33,511 nucleotides of DNA from positions 1 to 33,511 of the forward strand of contig JAYZKH010000001.1 of the NCBI GenBank assembly GCA_036163585.1. The letters run 5' to 3'. Positions 1 to 7,704 of the stretch are shown here, one piece after another; within the stretch, counting starts at the first letter, position 1; each line of letters starts with the position of its first letter. Position numbers and translations under genes: made by a program. The notes under the pieces were generated by a model. It was not told where the DNA came from. It searched no databases and saw nothing but the letters and a program-made list of their open reading frames with translations. The stretch comes from Fidelibacterota bacterium (GTDB lineage Bacteria > Fidelibacterota > Marinisomatia > Marinisomatales > Marinisomataceae).

Positions 1-742
1 TAGTCCTATCAAAAGAATGGTGTGCATTTTCATAAATAGTTATATCAATATTGACTGGCAATCCACTTGCATCTATTTTATCTAACAATTCAGTGCAAGC
101 AGCTGCAGGAACCCAATCATCTAATTCACCTATTAAAATATGAATTGGTGCATCACTAAATTGCATCAGCTCACTTGGATGTGGATATATCAAACATCCT
201 GGATAGATTGGCAAATGTGCAGCAAACATAAACTCTCCACCATTAATTGCACTAATTAATGGCAACCATGCCGAATATAAGGAAACACCGCCCCCAAGAC
301 TCCACCCAGTAATCCCTGCACGATTAATATCAACATTTGGGTGCATACTAAGTGCTTCTAAGGCACGATAAGCATCTAAAATAACCATAGCCGTTGTCAC
401 TTCTATTTGGCTACCAACTGTTGATTGTATTCCACGACTATCAAAACTTTGTAATTGAAATGTTGCAAAACCCATTTCTTGATACATTTTCAAGTATTCT
501 AAATGATGGGTGCCCCAATTCAAACTCCCTGCAACCCCTATAATAAGTGGATATTTTGTATCATTATCATAATTGTCAGGCAAGGTTAATGTCCCAAATA
601 CTTCTTGGGTATCTTGATCATCTAAATGCACAATGATTTCTTCAAACGAAAACGGATTTGCACTTTCAAAAGTGATAATTTCTTGGTTTGTATTTTGTGC
701 AATTGCAACTGATAACATTGCTATTAAAATATATTTTTTCAT
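1..742 (-). CDS. Secreted dienelactone-hydrolase-like alpha/beta hydrolase (3' end runs off the window)
   Basis: Not in the ORF track; translated by hand from ATG at 742 (ATGA overlap with the ogt stop): MKKYILIAMLSVAIAQ signal peptide, ITGWSLGGG nucleophile elbow, ILIGELDDWVP (Asp) and YENAHHSFD (His). The frame stays open to the window edge. Confidence 0.85.
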   Translation of the reverse strand, partial: MKKYILIAMLSVAIAQNTNQEIITFESANPFSFEEIIVHLDDQDTQEVFGTLTLPDNYDNDTKYPLIIGVAGSLNWGTHHLEYLKMYQEMGFATFQLQSFDSRGIQSTVGSQIEVTTAMVILDAYRALEALSMHPNVDINRAGITGWSLGGGVSLYSAWLPLISAINGGEFMFAAHLPIYPGCLIYPHPSELMQFSDAPIHILIGELDDWVPAAACTELLDKIDASGLPVNIDITIYENAHHSFDRT

Positions 743-1227
743 TTTTTCTCCAATAACTGTAGATATGATTTAAAAAGAACACCTCCATTCCCACTATATC
801 CTCCTAAATCACCGCTGCTTTTAATCACACGATGACATGGAATAATAATAGGAATAGGATTGGCTCCACTTGCACGTCCTACTGCTCTCCATGCAGATGG
901 TTGTTTTACTAAACTAGCAACTTGCTTATAGCTTTTAGTTTTTCCATAAGGAATTTTTTCGATTTGTGAGAGTGCTTTTTTGAAAAAAGTACTTCCTTCA
1001 ATATTATAAGGAACATCAAATTTTTCTAATTTTCGTTGGAAATAAGCATCCAATTGTTCCTGTACATGTTTTGCAAATTTTAGATTTTTAGATTGAGTAA
1101 TCTTTAATGAAATCTGTGGATCAATCAAATCTTTCTTCTGATGAGTACAAATCAGTTTTAGTAAAGAATCTTTTGAGTAGAATATCTTAAAGTGTAGATG
1201 ATCAATTTGAAATGTCTTTTGATACAT
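739..1227 (-). CDS. ogt: Methylated-DNA--protein-cysteine S-methyltransferase
   Basis: IPYGKTKSY, RAVGRA and the NPIPIIIPCHRVI active-site motif. Confidence 0.95.
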   Translation of the reverse strand: MYQKTFQIDHLHFKIFYSKDSLLKLICTHQKKDLIDPQISLKITQSKNLKFAKHVQEQLDAYFQRKLEKFDVPYNIEGSTFFKKALSQIEKIPYGKTKSYKQVASLVKQPSAWRAVGRASGANPIPIIIPCHRVIKSSGDLGGYSGNGGVLFKSYLQLLEKK

Positions 1228-1229
1228 TA

Positions 1230-1541
1230 CTACAATTTAACTGCTGTACCATAGATAAAAATTTCTGATGCACCTGCTTGCAACATAGATGTTGTAAAAC
1301 GTACACCAACAATCGCATCTGCACCTTTCTCTTGTGCAGCTTTTACCATACGATCCATTGCTTGTTGTCTTGATTCAGCCATCAATTTTGAATATTCAGT
1401 AATTTCTCCACCAACTAAGTTGCGTAATCCAGCTAAAATATCTTTTCCAACATGTCGTGCTCGAATAGATTGGCCGCTTACAACACCTAATGTTTGAGAA
1501 ATCGTTCTATTTTCTACTTTATCTTGAGTTGTAACAATCAT
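1230..1541 (-). CDS. YbjQ/UPF0145 family protein
   Basis: 103 aa with GKDILAGLRNLVGGEITEY, AMDRMVKAAQEKGADAIVGVRF and YGTAVKL family signatures. Confidence 0.93.
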   Translation of the reverse strand: MIVTTQDKVENRTISQTLGVVSGQSIRARHVGKDILAGLRNLVGGEITEYSKLMAESRQQAMDRMVKAAQEKGADAIVGVRFTTSMLQAGASEIFIYGTAVKL

Positions 1542-1741
1542 TTGTGAACTTCCTTTGAATAATAATCATCTTCTTTGTTGCCTAAACGTTCTCTTAAAAC
1601 TTTAATAAACAATATAAATAAGCCGCCATAAATTAATAGAAGAACTAGTCCTTCTGGATAAAATTTTTCGACTTCTTGTAAGGTGAGAACAGTGACAACA
1701 ACAAAGAATGCAGTGATTAAAAAATATCCTAATTTTTCCAT
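1538..1741 (-). CDS. Small two-TM hypothetical membrane protein
   Basis: 67 aa, two hydrophobic segments and a charged tail (ERLGNKEDDYYSKEV); ATGA overlap with the ybjQ start. Confidence 0.7.
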   Translation of the reverse strand: MEKLGYFLITAFFVVVTVLTLQEVEKFYPEGLVLLLIYGGLFILFIKVLRERLGNKEDDYYSKEVHK

Positions 1742-1753
1742 TTTAAATGCTCT

Positions 1754-1798
1754 GTTATAAATATAACTTCTTTATATTTAAAAAGGTAAATATTTACC
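1754..1798. promoter_or_regulatory. Pair of related 14-bp palindromes (candidate operator sites) in a divergent intergenic region
   Basis: GTTATA-AA-TATAAC at 1754-1767 and the perfect palindrome GGTAAATATTTACC at 1785-1798; 9/14 identical, 31 bp apart. Confidence 0.4.
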
Positions 1799-1808
1799 AG
1801 ATTGAACA

Positions 1809-2432
1809 ATGTTTAACAATACAATAAAGTTAAAAAATTATTTAGGATTAGTAATTGTGCTAATTGCAGCATTAGCCTACACCTTATATCTAAATCACAA
1901 TCTCAAGAAAGATCTAGAAGATTATAAAGGTTATTATAAATCTGTTGCTGTTAAATACATTCAAGAAATCATGGAGAAGCCAGAAATGACTTCTCCAGGA
2001 ATGGAAGTTACCACTGTAGATTTTGATTCCAATATGCTTCTTTTTCAAGATTTAGATGGTACACAATTTTCATTAAGAGATTTTCAAGATAAAATTTTAT
2101 TCATTAATTATTGGGCAACATGGTGTAATCCTTGTTTAGCTGAAATGCCAAGCATGGCAGAGCTTTACAATCAATATAAAGACAATAATGAAATTGTATT
2201 TCTTTACTTATCTAAAGAAGAAGCCGAAACAATTATTGATTATATTCCAAAGGATGAATCATTAAAAAATCTTCCTATATATAAAATAATTACAGATGAT
2301 GATTTATTTGCAACTAGTGGAATACCAACTACATTTATTGTAAATCGTAATGGAAAAATTCTAGTAAAAGATGTTGGATCTGCACTATGGAATGATCCAT
2401 CTGTTATAAACTACATTAACAACCTATTATAA
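1809..2432 (+). CDS. Membrane-anchored TlpA/ResA-like thioredoxin (disulfide reductase)
   Basis: N-terminal TM helix, INYWATWCNPCLAEMP CxxC motif and GIPTTFIVNRNG cis-Pro loop. Confidence 0.92.
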   Translation: MFNNTIKLKNYLGLVIVLIAALAYTLYLNHNLKKDLEDYKGYYKSVAVKYIQEIMEKPEMTSPGMEVTTVDFDSNMLLFQDLDGTQFSLRDFQDKILFINYWATWCNPCLAEMPSMAELYNQYKDNNEIVFLYLSKEEAETIIDYIPKDESLKNLPIYKIITDDDLFATSGIPTTFIVNRNGKILVKDVGSALWNDPSVINYINNLL

Positions 2433-2436
2433 TACA

Positions 2437-4062
2437 TTGAAAACAAACATTACCATCAATGCCGAGAGTGGATTTCCTTATTTAGGAAATGGTATCAATT
2501 TCTCAGAAGAATTATTTGGAATCAAGTTTGATGCAAACCTTATACAAAAAACATCCGAACTCATTTGGCAACCAAATTCTACACTGTGTAAATCTGCTGT
2601 AAAACCTTTACCAGCTCCATTTAATGTTATTAGTGATCTTGCAGGCGAAATGACGGTACATCTTAATGGAAAAACTGGATTAATCGGAAAAAAAGCATTA
2701 TTTCATGAAGTATCATCTTTAGATGGAAGCTTAATGGATACATTTATAGAGCATGTAAAAAATCATATCTTAAATCCAACAGAAGAATCAGCTCAACTAA
2801 TTGCAGATATACGTTGTTGGACATCATGGCTGGCTAATGGAATAAAGATTGAGCCAATATTTAATGGTGAATCTCAAGGGTGTTCTTTTATCCCTTGGCC
2901 ATTATCTGGCTTACTCATATTATCATCTAGAATTACTGGACAACAACCAGAATTTGAGTATGCAGCAGATTATGTTTTACGTTCTGGGATTTTACCTGAC
3001 AATGATATCTCTATATCAGATAATAATGATACTATTATTGACTACATACGTTCAATTAAACCAGTGGTATCTTTTCATGATCTAGATGGAAATGAACAAG
3101 GATTTCGTATGACACATCTCGCAATGGAAAATACTTCAAAAATGATGATTGAAGGTGCTATGAATGCTGTCAATGGGAAAAATTTATCTGAAAATCTAGA
3201 TAAGATTTCTAATGCATTACAGCTATCAAATAAAATATTTAATTGTATGTGGAAAGTCAGTGATCCGCTTCTATACAACAAAGAAGTGCGAATTTTTATC
3301 CAAGGACTATATGGAAACCAAGGAAGTCTGTATAATGAAAAAGGATTATTTTTTGATCAGTGCGGAGATACTTATGATGATCAATATAATTCAAAAGGGT
3401 CTTATTTATCAAATCTGCACGGACAAACAGGTGCTAATAGTTCTTATCATCCATTAGGTGATGAAGTAACTGGAGTTGGCAAACATACAAAAGCATATGA
3501 ATGCGATGATGAGGTAGATTGTATTATCATCGAAAATATTCTTGAAAAAGGATTTGTATCAGATGAATGTCTATCATCTTGTGATTGCGAAATTGATTCT
3601 CTAACTAAATTATTAAAATCATTTCGTGTAGGCTATCGTCCTCCTGCTCATCATGCATTAATTGTGAAAACAAAAGATGCTATTGAAAATTCTTCATTTT
3701 TTAATGATGTTGAAAGCAATGATCCAACAAAACAACAATTAGCAAATTCAGTACGATGGCTGATTCAGCATCGTATCGATCATTATAAAATGGTTGTATC
3801 ATATATTTTACGTTCGCCTGATCCATACCAATATCAAACTAAAGCAAAAGGCACTGGAGGAAGTCCTACTCCTACATTCTTACCAAAAATGTTTACCAAT
3901 AGTATCGATAGACTTGAAGAGTTGGTAGGAGATTCAAATATAGAATGGGCAAACGATTTGATTTCTATCACTAAAGACCATAAAGAAGCGATGAATCGAT
4001 TTAAGAAAATAGCATTACAAGTTGAAAAAGAAGACAGTCAGAAAAATCGTTCTTTATCTTAA
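2437..4062 (+). CDS. Indoleamine 2,3-dioxygenase-superfamily heme enzyme (IDO-gamma-like)
   Basis: IDO motifs in the correct order: GFRMTH(227), EVR(285)IFIQGL, GQTGANSS, FRVGYRPPAH, RIDH(449)YKMVVSYI (proximal heme His) and G(472)TGGS. TTG start 4 nt after the tlpA stop. Confidence 0.82.
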   Translation: MKTNITINAESGFPYLGNGINFSEELFGIKFDANLIQKTSELIWQPNSTLCKSAVKPLPAPFNVISDLAGEMTVHLNGKTGLIGKKALFHEVSSLDGSLMDTFIEHVKNHILNPTEESAQLIADIRCWTSWLANGIKIEPIFNGESQGCSFIPWPLSGLLILSSRITGQQPEFEYAADYVLRSGILPDNDISISDNNDTIIDYIRSIKPVVSFHDLDGNEQGFRMTHLAMENTSKMMIEGAMNAVNGKNLSENLDKISNALQLSNKIFNCMWKVSDPLLYNKEVRIFIQGLYGNQGSLYNEKGLFFDQCGDTYDDQYNSKGSYLSNLHGQTGANSSYHPLGDEVTGVGKHTKAYECDDEVDCIIIENILEKGFVSDECLSSCDCEIDSLTKLLKSFRVGYRPPAHHALIVKTKDAIENSSFFNDVESNDPTKQQLANSVRWLIQHRIDHYKMVVSYILRSPDPYQYQTKAKGTGGSPTPTFLPKMFTNSIDRLEELVGDSNIEWANDLISITKDHKEAMNRFKKIALQVEKEDSQKNRSLS

Positions 4063-5309
4063 TCTTTTAGAAAAACACTACTAATATCTAAACTGCCATC
4101 ATTGTTAGCAGGTGTAATATCCAGAATTTTGCACATCATTTCATACAAGTGAATGTTTTGAATTTCTGGACCAGAAAATCCAGATTTAAATGCAGGTCCA
4201 TGTGCAACAAAAATCCCATTCATTGATTGATAGTCTGGATCATAACCATGTGATCCAGCAATAGGAGTACGTCCTGGGGTCACTATGCTCCAATGCTCGT
4301 CCGCAAGCAGAAGTATTGGTTCGATACGATCATTGTTTTTGTAATAAAATTTTCCAGGAATATCTTCTTTTTTAAAAACTTGGGTATTCTCAATATTTTG
4401 TAAAGCTTGATAAATAGACTCTAGCTTACCTTCATTTGGACGAATTTCCATAAATGGACCACCTCCGACTGTTACAACATCATTTAAATCAATATAATCA
4501 GCAATATTTATAACTTTTGTAGCAGGTGTCTCAGTCATTCCATGATCTGAAACAATTACAATGTTTACTTCATTAAGAATGTTTTGTGCCTCTAATCCAT
4601 CAATCAAGTGTCCAATTGCTTGATCAACTTCTATAATAGCTTTTATTGTTTCATCTGCATCTGGTCCATATGAATGCCCTCTATTATCAACTATACTAAA
4701 ATATGAAGCTAAGAATGATGGTCTAGCATTTCCGGTGTGTAAAAGCCATGAAAGCAATTGGCTCATACGTTCTACATTAGTTGGAGTTTCGTTATATACG
4801 AAATATTTCGATGGACGAATTCCCATAATTTCAGCATCAGACATTGGCCAAAACATAATCATTGCTCTTTTAGCTTGTTTTTCTACAGTCACCCAGATTG
4901 GCTCAGCTTCAATCCATTTACCATCCTGTGCTGCTGTACTTCCTGCTCCTATATAGAAAGACTCATCAAAATCTGCATCATAGAAATAGTTTGAAATAAT
5001 ACCATGATTAGATGGATAATTCCCAGTAACAATACTTATATGGTTTGGAAAAGTTTTGCTAGGGTAAACTGTTTTTAATCCTTCCGCTTTTGAACCATTT
5101 GATATGAGTCGATCAAAATTTGGGGTTTCTACTTTATCAAAATAATCCCATCTAAAACCATCAATTGATATCAATATTAATGGTGTACTTGGTTCTCCAT
5201 AATTAGATAAATCTCTACCAGAATCTGAACCATGTATTGTATCATGCACTGTTCCTATATCGCATGAAATAAGAAAAAAGATTAATAAAATTAAAGGATT
5301 ATTTTTCAC
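4059..5309 (-). CDS. Ectonucleotide pyrophosphatase/phosphodiesterase (alkaline phosphatase superfamily) lipoprotein
   Basis: LISIDGFR, YPSKTFPNH (Thr nucleophile), DNRGH, VSDHG and GSHGY. Start moved to GTG at 5309 (GGAG upstream), giving a short signal peptide with lipobox LISC. Confidence 0.92.
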   Translation of the reverse strand: MKNNPLILLIFFLISCDIGTVHDTIHGSDSGRDLSNYGEPSTPLILISIDGFRWDYFDKVETPNFDRLISNGSKAEGLKTVYPSKTFPNHISIVTGNYPSNHGIISNYFYDADFDESFYIGAGSTAAQDGKWIEAEPIWVTVEKQAKRAMIMFWPMSDAEIMGIRPSKYFVYNETPTNVERMSQLLSWLLHTGNARPSFLASYFSIVDNRGHSYGPDADETIKAIIEVDQAIGHLIDGLEAQNILNEVNIVIVSDHGMTETPATKVINIADYIDLNDVVTVGGGPFMEIRPNEGKLESIYQALQNIENTQVFKKEDIPGKFYYKNNDRIEPILLLADEHWSIVTPGRTPIAGSHGYDPDYQSMNGIFVAHGPAFKSGFSGPEIQNIHLYEMMCKILDITPANNDGSLDISSVFLKD

Positions 5310-7623
5310 TTGATAGATGCTCCATGAAAAAACTAACCATTTTTTGATATAAATGTTTTCTGTTTTCCCAGCCATTTGCTTTATTATCGCTGGTCAAAAA
5401 ATTATTATTTCCCATTCCATGATTACCATTTGGGTATAAAAACATTTCCATTTCTTTTCCATGTTCAGCATAAGCTTTGGCTAATTGAATCGAATGTTGA
5501 TGATGCACATTATCATCAGCAGTACCATGAATTTGAAGCAAATACCCTTTTGCTTTGTCCACATGGGTCAATACAGAAGCATTTTTATAGCCTTCTGGAT
5601 TTTCTTCTACTAATCCCATATATCGCTCTGTCCATATGGTATCATATAATAACGGATCGACATTTGGTGCAATTGAAACACCGGCTTTGAAATAATCGCT
5701 TGCAAGTGTCATACACATATTGGTTAAATAGCCTCCACCGCTCCAACCCCAAACACCGATACTATCACCATCAACATAAGGAAGGCTTTGAAGATATTTT
5801 GCGGCATCTATATGATCTTTAACCATATATTTTCCATAGTCTCCATAAGCCATATCTTTAAATGCTTTTCCTCTGCCTCCAGTGCCTCTATTATCAAATG
5901 AAAAAATAATAAATCCTCTTTGAGAAAAATATTGATGGAAAGTGTGGTTTCCTGCTCCCCATCTATTATTAATCATTTGCGAACCTGGTCCACCATAATT
6001 ATAAAGGATTACAGGATATTGCTCCATAGAATCAAAATTATGTGGCAAGGTAATCATTGCATTTAAACGTTCTCCATCATCAGTGAATAAATTAATTACA
6101 CGAGGATAGGTAAACCCGTACTCATCAAATTGAGCACGATCGGTTTCGGCTAACATACGTTTTGAATTTCCATTATTGTTTCTCAATACTGTTTTGTATG
6201 GAACAGTGAAACTGGAATAAGAATCAATAAAAAAGTTTTTTGTAGGAGAGAAATTTGCTGAATGAGATCCTTTTTCAGATGTTAAGCGTTTTAGCTTAGA
6301 ACCATTGAACCTTACAGAGTATATATGGTTCTCAATTTCAGATTCTTTCTTCCCTGAAAAATAGATAATTTGGTTTTCTTCATCGATAGCATTGATACCA
6401 TTTACCTCCCATTTTCCCCTTGTAATCTGATTGATAAATTGACCATCAGGGCGACTTCTATAAATATGTTTGAATCCATCACGTTCAGATATCCATATAA
6501 TTTCATCGTTATTCAAAATATCTATATTGAAAAGACCTGGGCTGCCAAAAAAGTCATATGCATCTACCCAAGTTTCATTCTTGTCATTAAGAATAAGGAT
6601 TGATTCATTCTCTGCTAAATTATATTTAAAAAATTTCAAATCATTTTGTTTTCGATTAAGTGTTGTGATGTATAAGTCATCTCTATTTTTATGCCAAATA
6701 GCATTAGGTATATAATAAGTATCTTCAGGAAGGTTTAACCAAGATATATAGTGATGATTATGGTTTTCTTCTTCAATTTCATCCTCAACTTCGACTACTT
6801 CTTCAATTTCATCCTCAACTTCGACTACTTCTTCAATTTCATCCTCAACTTCGACTACTTCTTCATGTAATAAGTTTAAATCAATTATACCCAATTTGAC
6901 TGTTGGATTGGTTTGTCCCGCTTTTGGATAATAGATATATTTTACTGTTGGATATTTGGACATATGATCAATTAAAGGGTATTTTTCTACCATAGATTGA
7001 TCTTCTTGCCAGAATAAAAGATAATCTCCTGAAGGACTCCATCTATAAGCATCATAACTTCCAAATTCTTCTTCATAAACCCACCCGAAATGTCCATTCA
7101 GAATTGTTTCACTACCATCAGTTGTTAGTTGAGTTTCTTCCGAATCTTCTAATGAAAATAAATAAAGATTGTTATCATTTCTTACATAGGAAATATATTT
7201 GTTATTTGGTGAAATCTTTACATTTCGTAGACTATCAGGATTAGCAGAAACTGGAACAATAGTATTTTTGGCAATATCATAAATATGATAGGTTCCATAA
7301 GAAGAATGTCTCCATATACTAATACTATTTGTCTTTAACAATAACAGTGATTGATCTTTGCTAAAACTGTGGCTAAAACGACTTAATTGATCTTTGGATA
7401 TACTGAATGCTTTTGTTGTATCTCCTCTAGCTAAACCATATATAAAAAAATGTTTGCCAAGAGAATCTGATTCAGAAAAATAGTATGCATCTTGATTGTT
7501 AACCCAATTATAGCTCCCAATTCTATCATAACGAAATGTTCCACCCATTACATCTTTTAGCTCTAAAGTCTTTTCTTGAGCAAAGACAACGGCTAAAAGA
7601 GATAAAATTATAATCCTGTTCAT
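5299..7623 (-). CDS. Dipeptidyl peptidase IV-like S9B serine peptidase
   Basis: Signal peptide, GWVYEEEF double-Glu motif, YPKAG, YGGPGSQ, GVWGWSGGG (Ser), HGTADDNVH (Asp) and GNHG (His). Confidence 0.95.
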   Translation of the reverse strand: MNRIIILSLLAVVFAQEKTLELKDVMGGTFRYDRIGSYNWVNNQDAYYFSESDSLGKHFFIYGLARGDTTKAFSISKDQLSRFSHSFSKDQSLLLLKTNSISIWRHSSYGTYHIYDIAKNTIVPVSANPDSLRNVKISPNNKYISYVRNDNNLYLFSLEDSEETQLTTDGSETILNGHFGWVYEEEFGSYDAYRWSPSGDYLLFWQEDQSMVEKYPLIDHMSKYPTVKYIYYPKAGQTNPTVKLGIIDLNLLHEEVVEVEDEIEEVVEVEDEIEEVVEVEDEIEEENHNHHYISWLNLPEDTYYIPNAIWHKNRDDLYITTLNRKQNDLKFFKYNLAENESILILNDKNETWVDAYDFFGSPGLFNIDILNNDEIIWISERDGFKHIYRSRPDGQFINQITRGKWEVNGINAIDEENQIIYFSGKKESEIENHIYSVRFNGSKLKRLTSEKGSHSANFSPTKNFFIDSYSSFTVPYKTVLRNNNGNSKRMLAETDRAQFDEYGFTYPRVINLFTDDGERLNAMITLPHNFDSMEQYPVILYNYGGPGSQMINNRWGAGNHTFHQYFSQRGFIIFSFDNRGTGGRGKAFKDMAYGDYGKYMVKDHIDAAKYLQSLPYVDGDSIGVWGWSGGGYLTNMCMTLASDYFKAGVSIAPNVDPLLYDTIWTERYMGLVEENPEGYKNASVLTHVDKAKGYLLQIHGTADDNVHHQHSIQLAKAYAEHGKEMEMFLYPNGNHGMGNNNFLTSDNKANGWENRKHLYQKMVSFFMEHLSSEK
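6768..6865. repeat. Perfect 30-bp tandem repeat, about 3.3 copies, in frame within DPP-IV (EEVVEVEDEI x3)
   Basis: Unit CTTCTTCAATTTCATCCTCAACTTCGACTA repeated without mismatches over 98 bp. Confidence 0.97.
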
Positions 7624-7628
7624 TGCTT

Positions 7629-7657
7629 ATAATAAAGAAACTTTTAAAAAATATCAT
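7629..7657 (-). promoter_or_regulatory. Possible sigma70 promoter for DPP-IV (leaderless)
   Basis: Minus strand ATGATA-N17-TATTAT, ending 5 nt before the ATG; no Shine-Dalgarno. Confidence 0.35.
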
Positions 7658-7667
7658 CTAAATAATT

Positions 7668-7696
7668 TTGCATTCTCTTTGATACTTCTATAAATT
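7668..7696 (+). promoter_or_regulatory. Sigma70-type promoter for ppiD/surA (likely leaderless)
   Basis: TTGCAT-N17-TAAATT ending 8 nt before ATG 7705; no Shine-Dalgarno. Confidence 0.55.
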
Positions 7697-7704
7697 GCAC
7701 ACCT

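Noticed and set aside
2849-3457. Short alternative-frame ORFs inside the IDO-like gene
   Set aside because: Nested in a motif-rich CDS, with no RBS or recognisable family.
5310-5375. Long N-terminus of the ENPP ORF
   Set aside because: It overlaps the DPP-IV C-terminus; GTG 5309 gives a normal lipoprotein signal.
6768-6865. 30-bp repeats as a CRISPR array
   Set aside because: Copies are directly adjacent with no spacers, lie in frame in a protein, and there are no cas genes.
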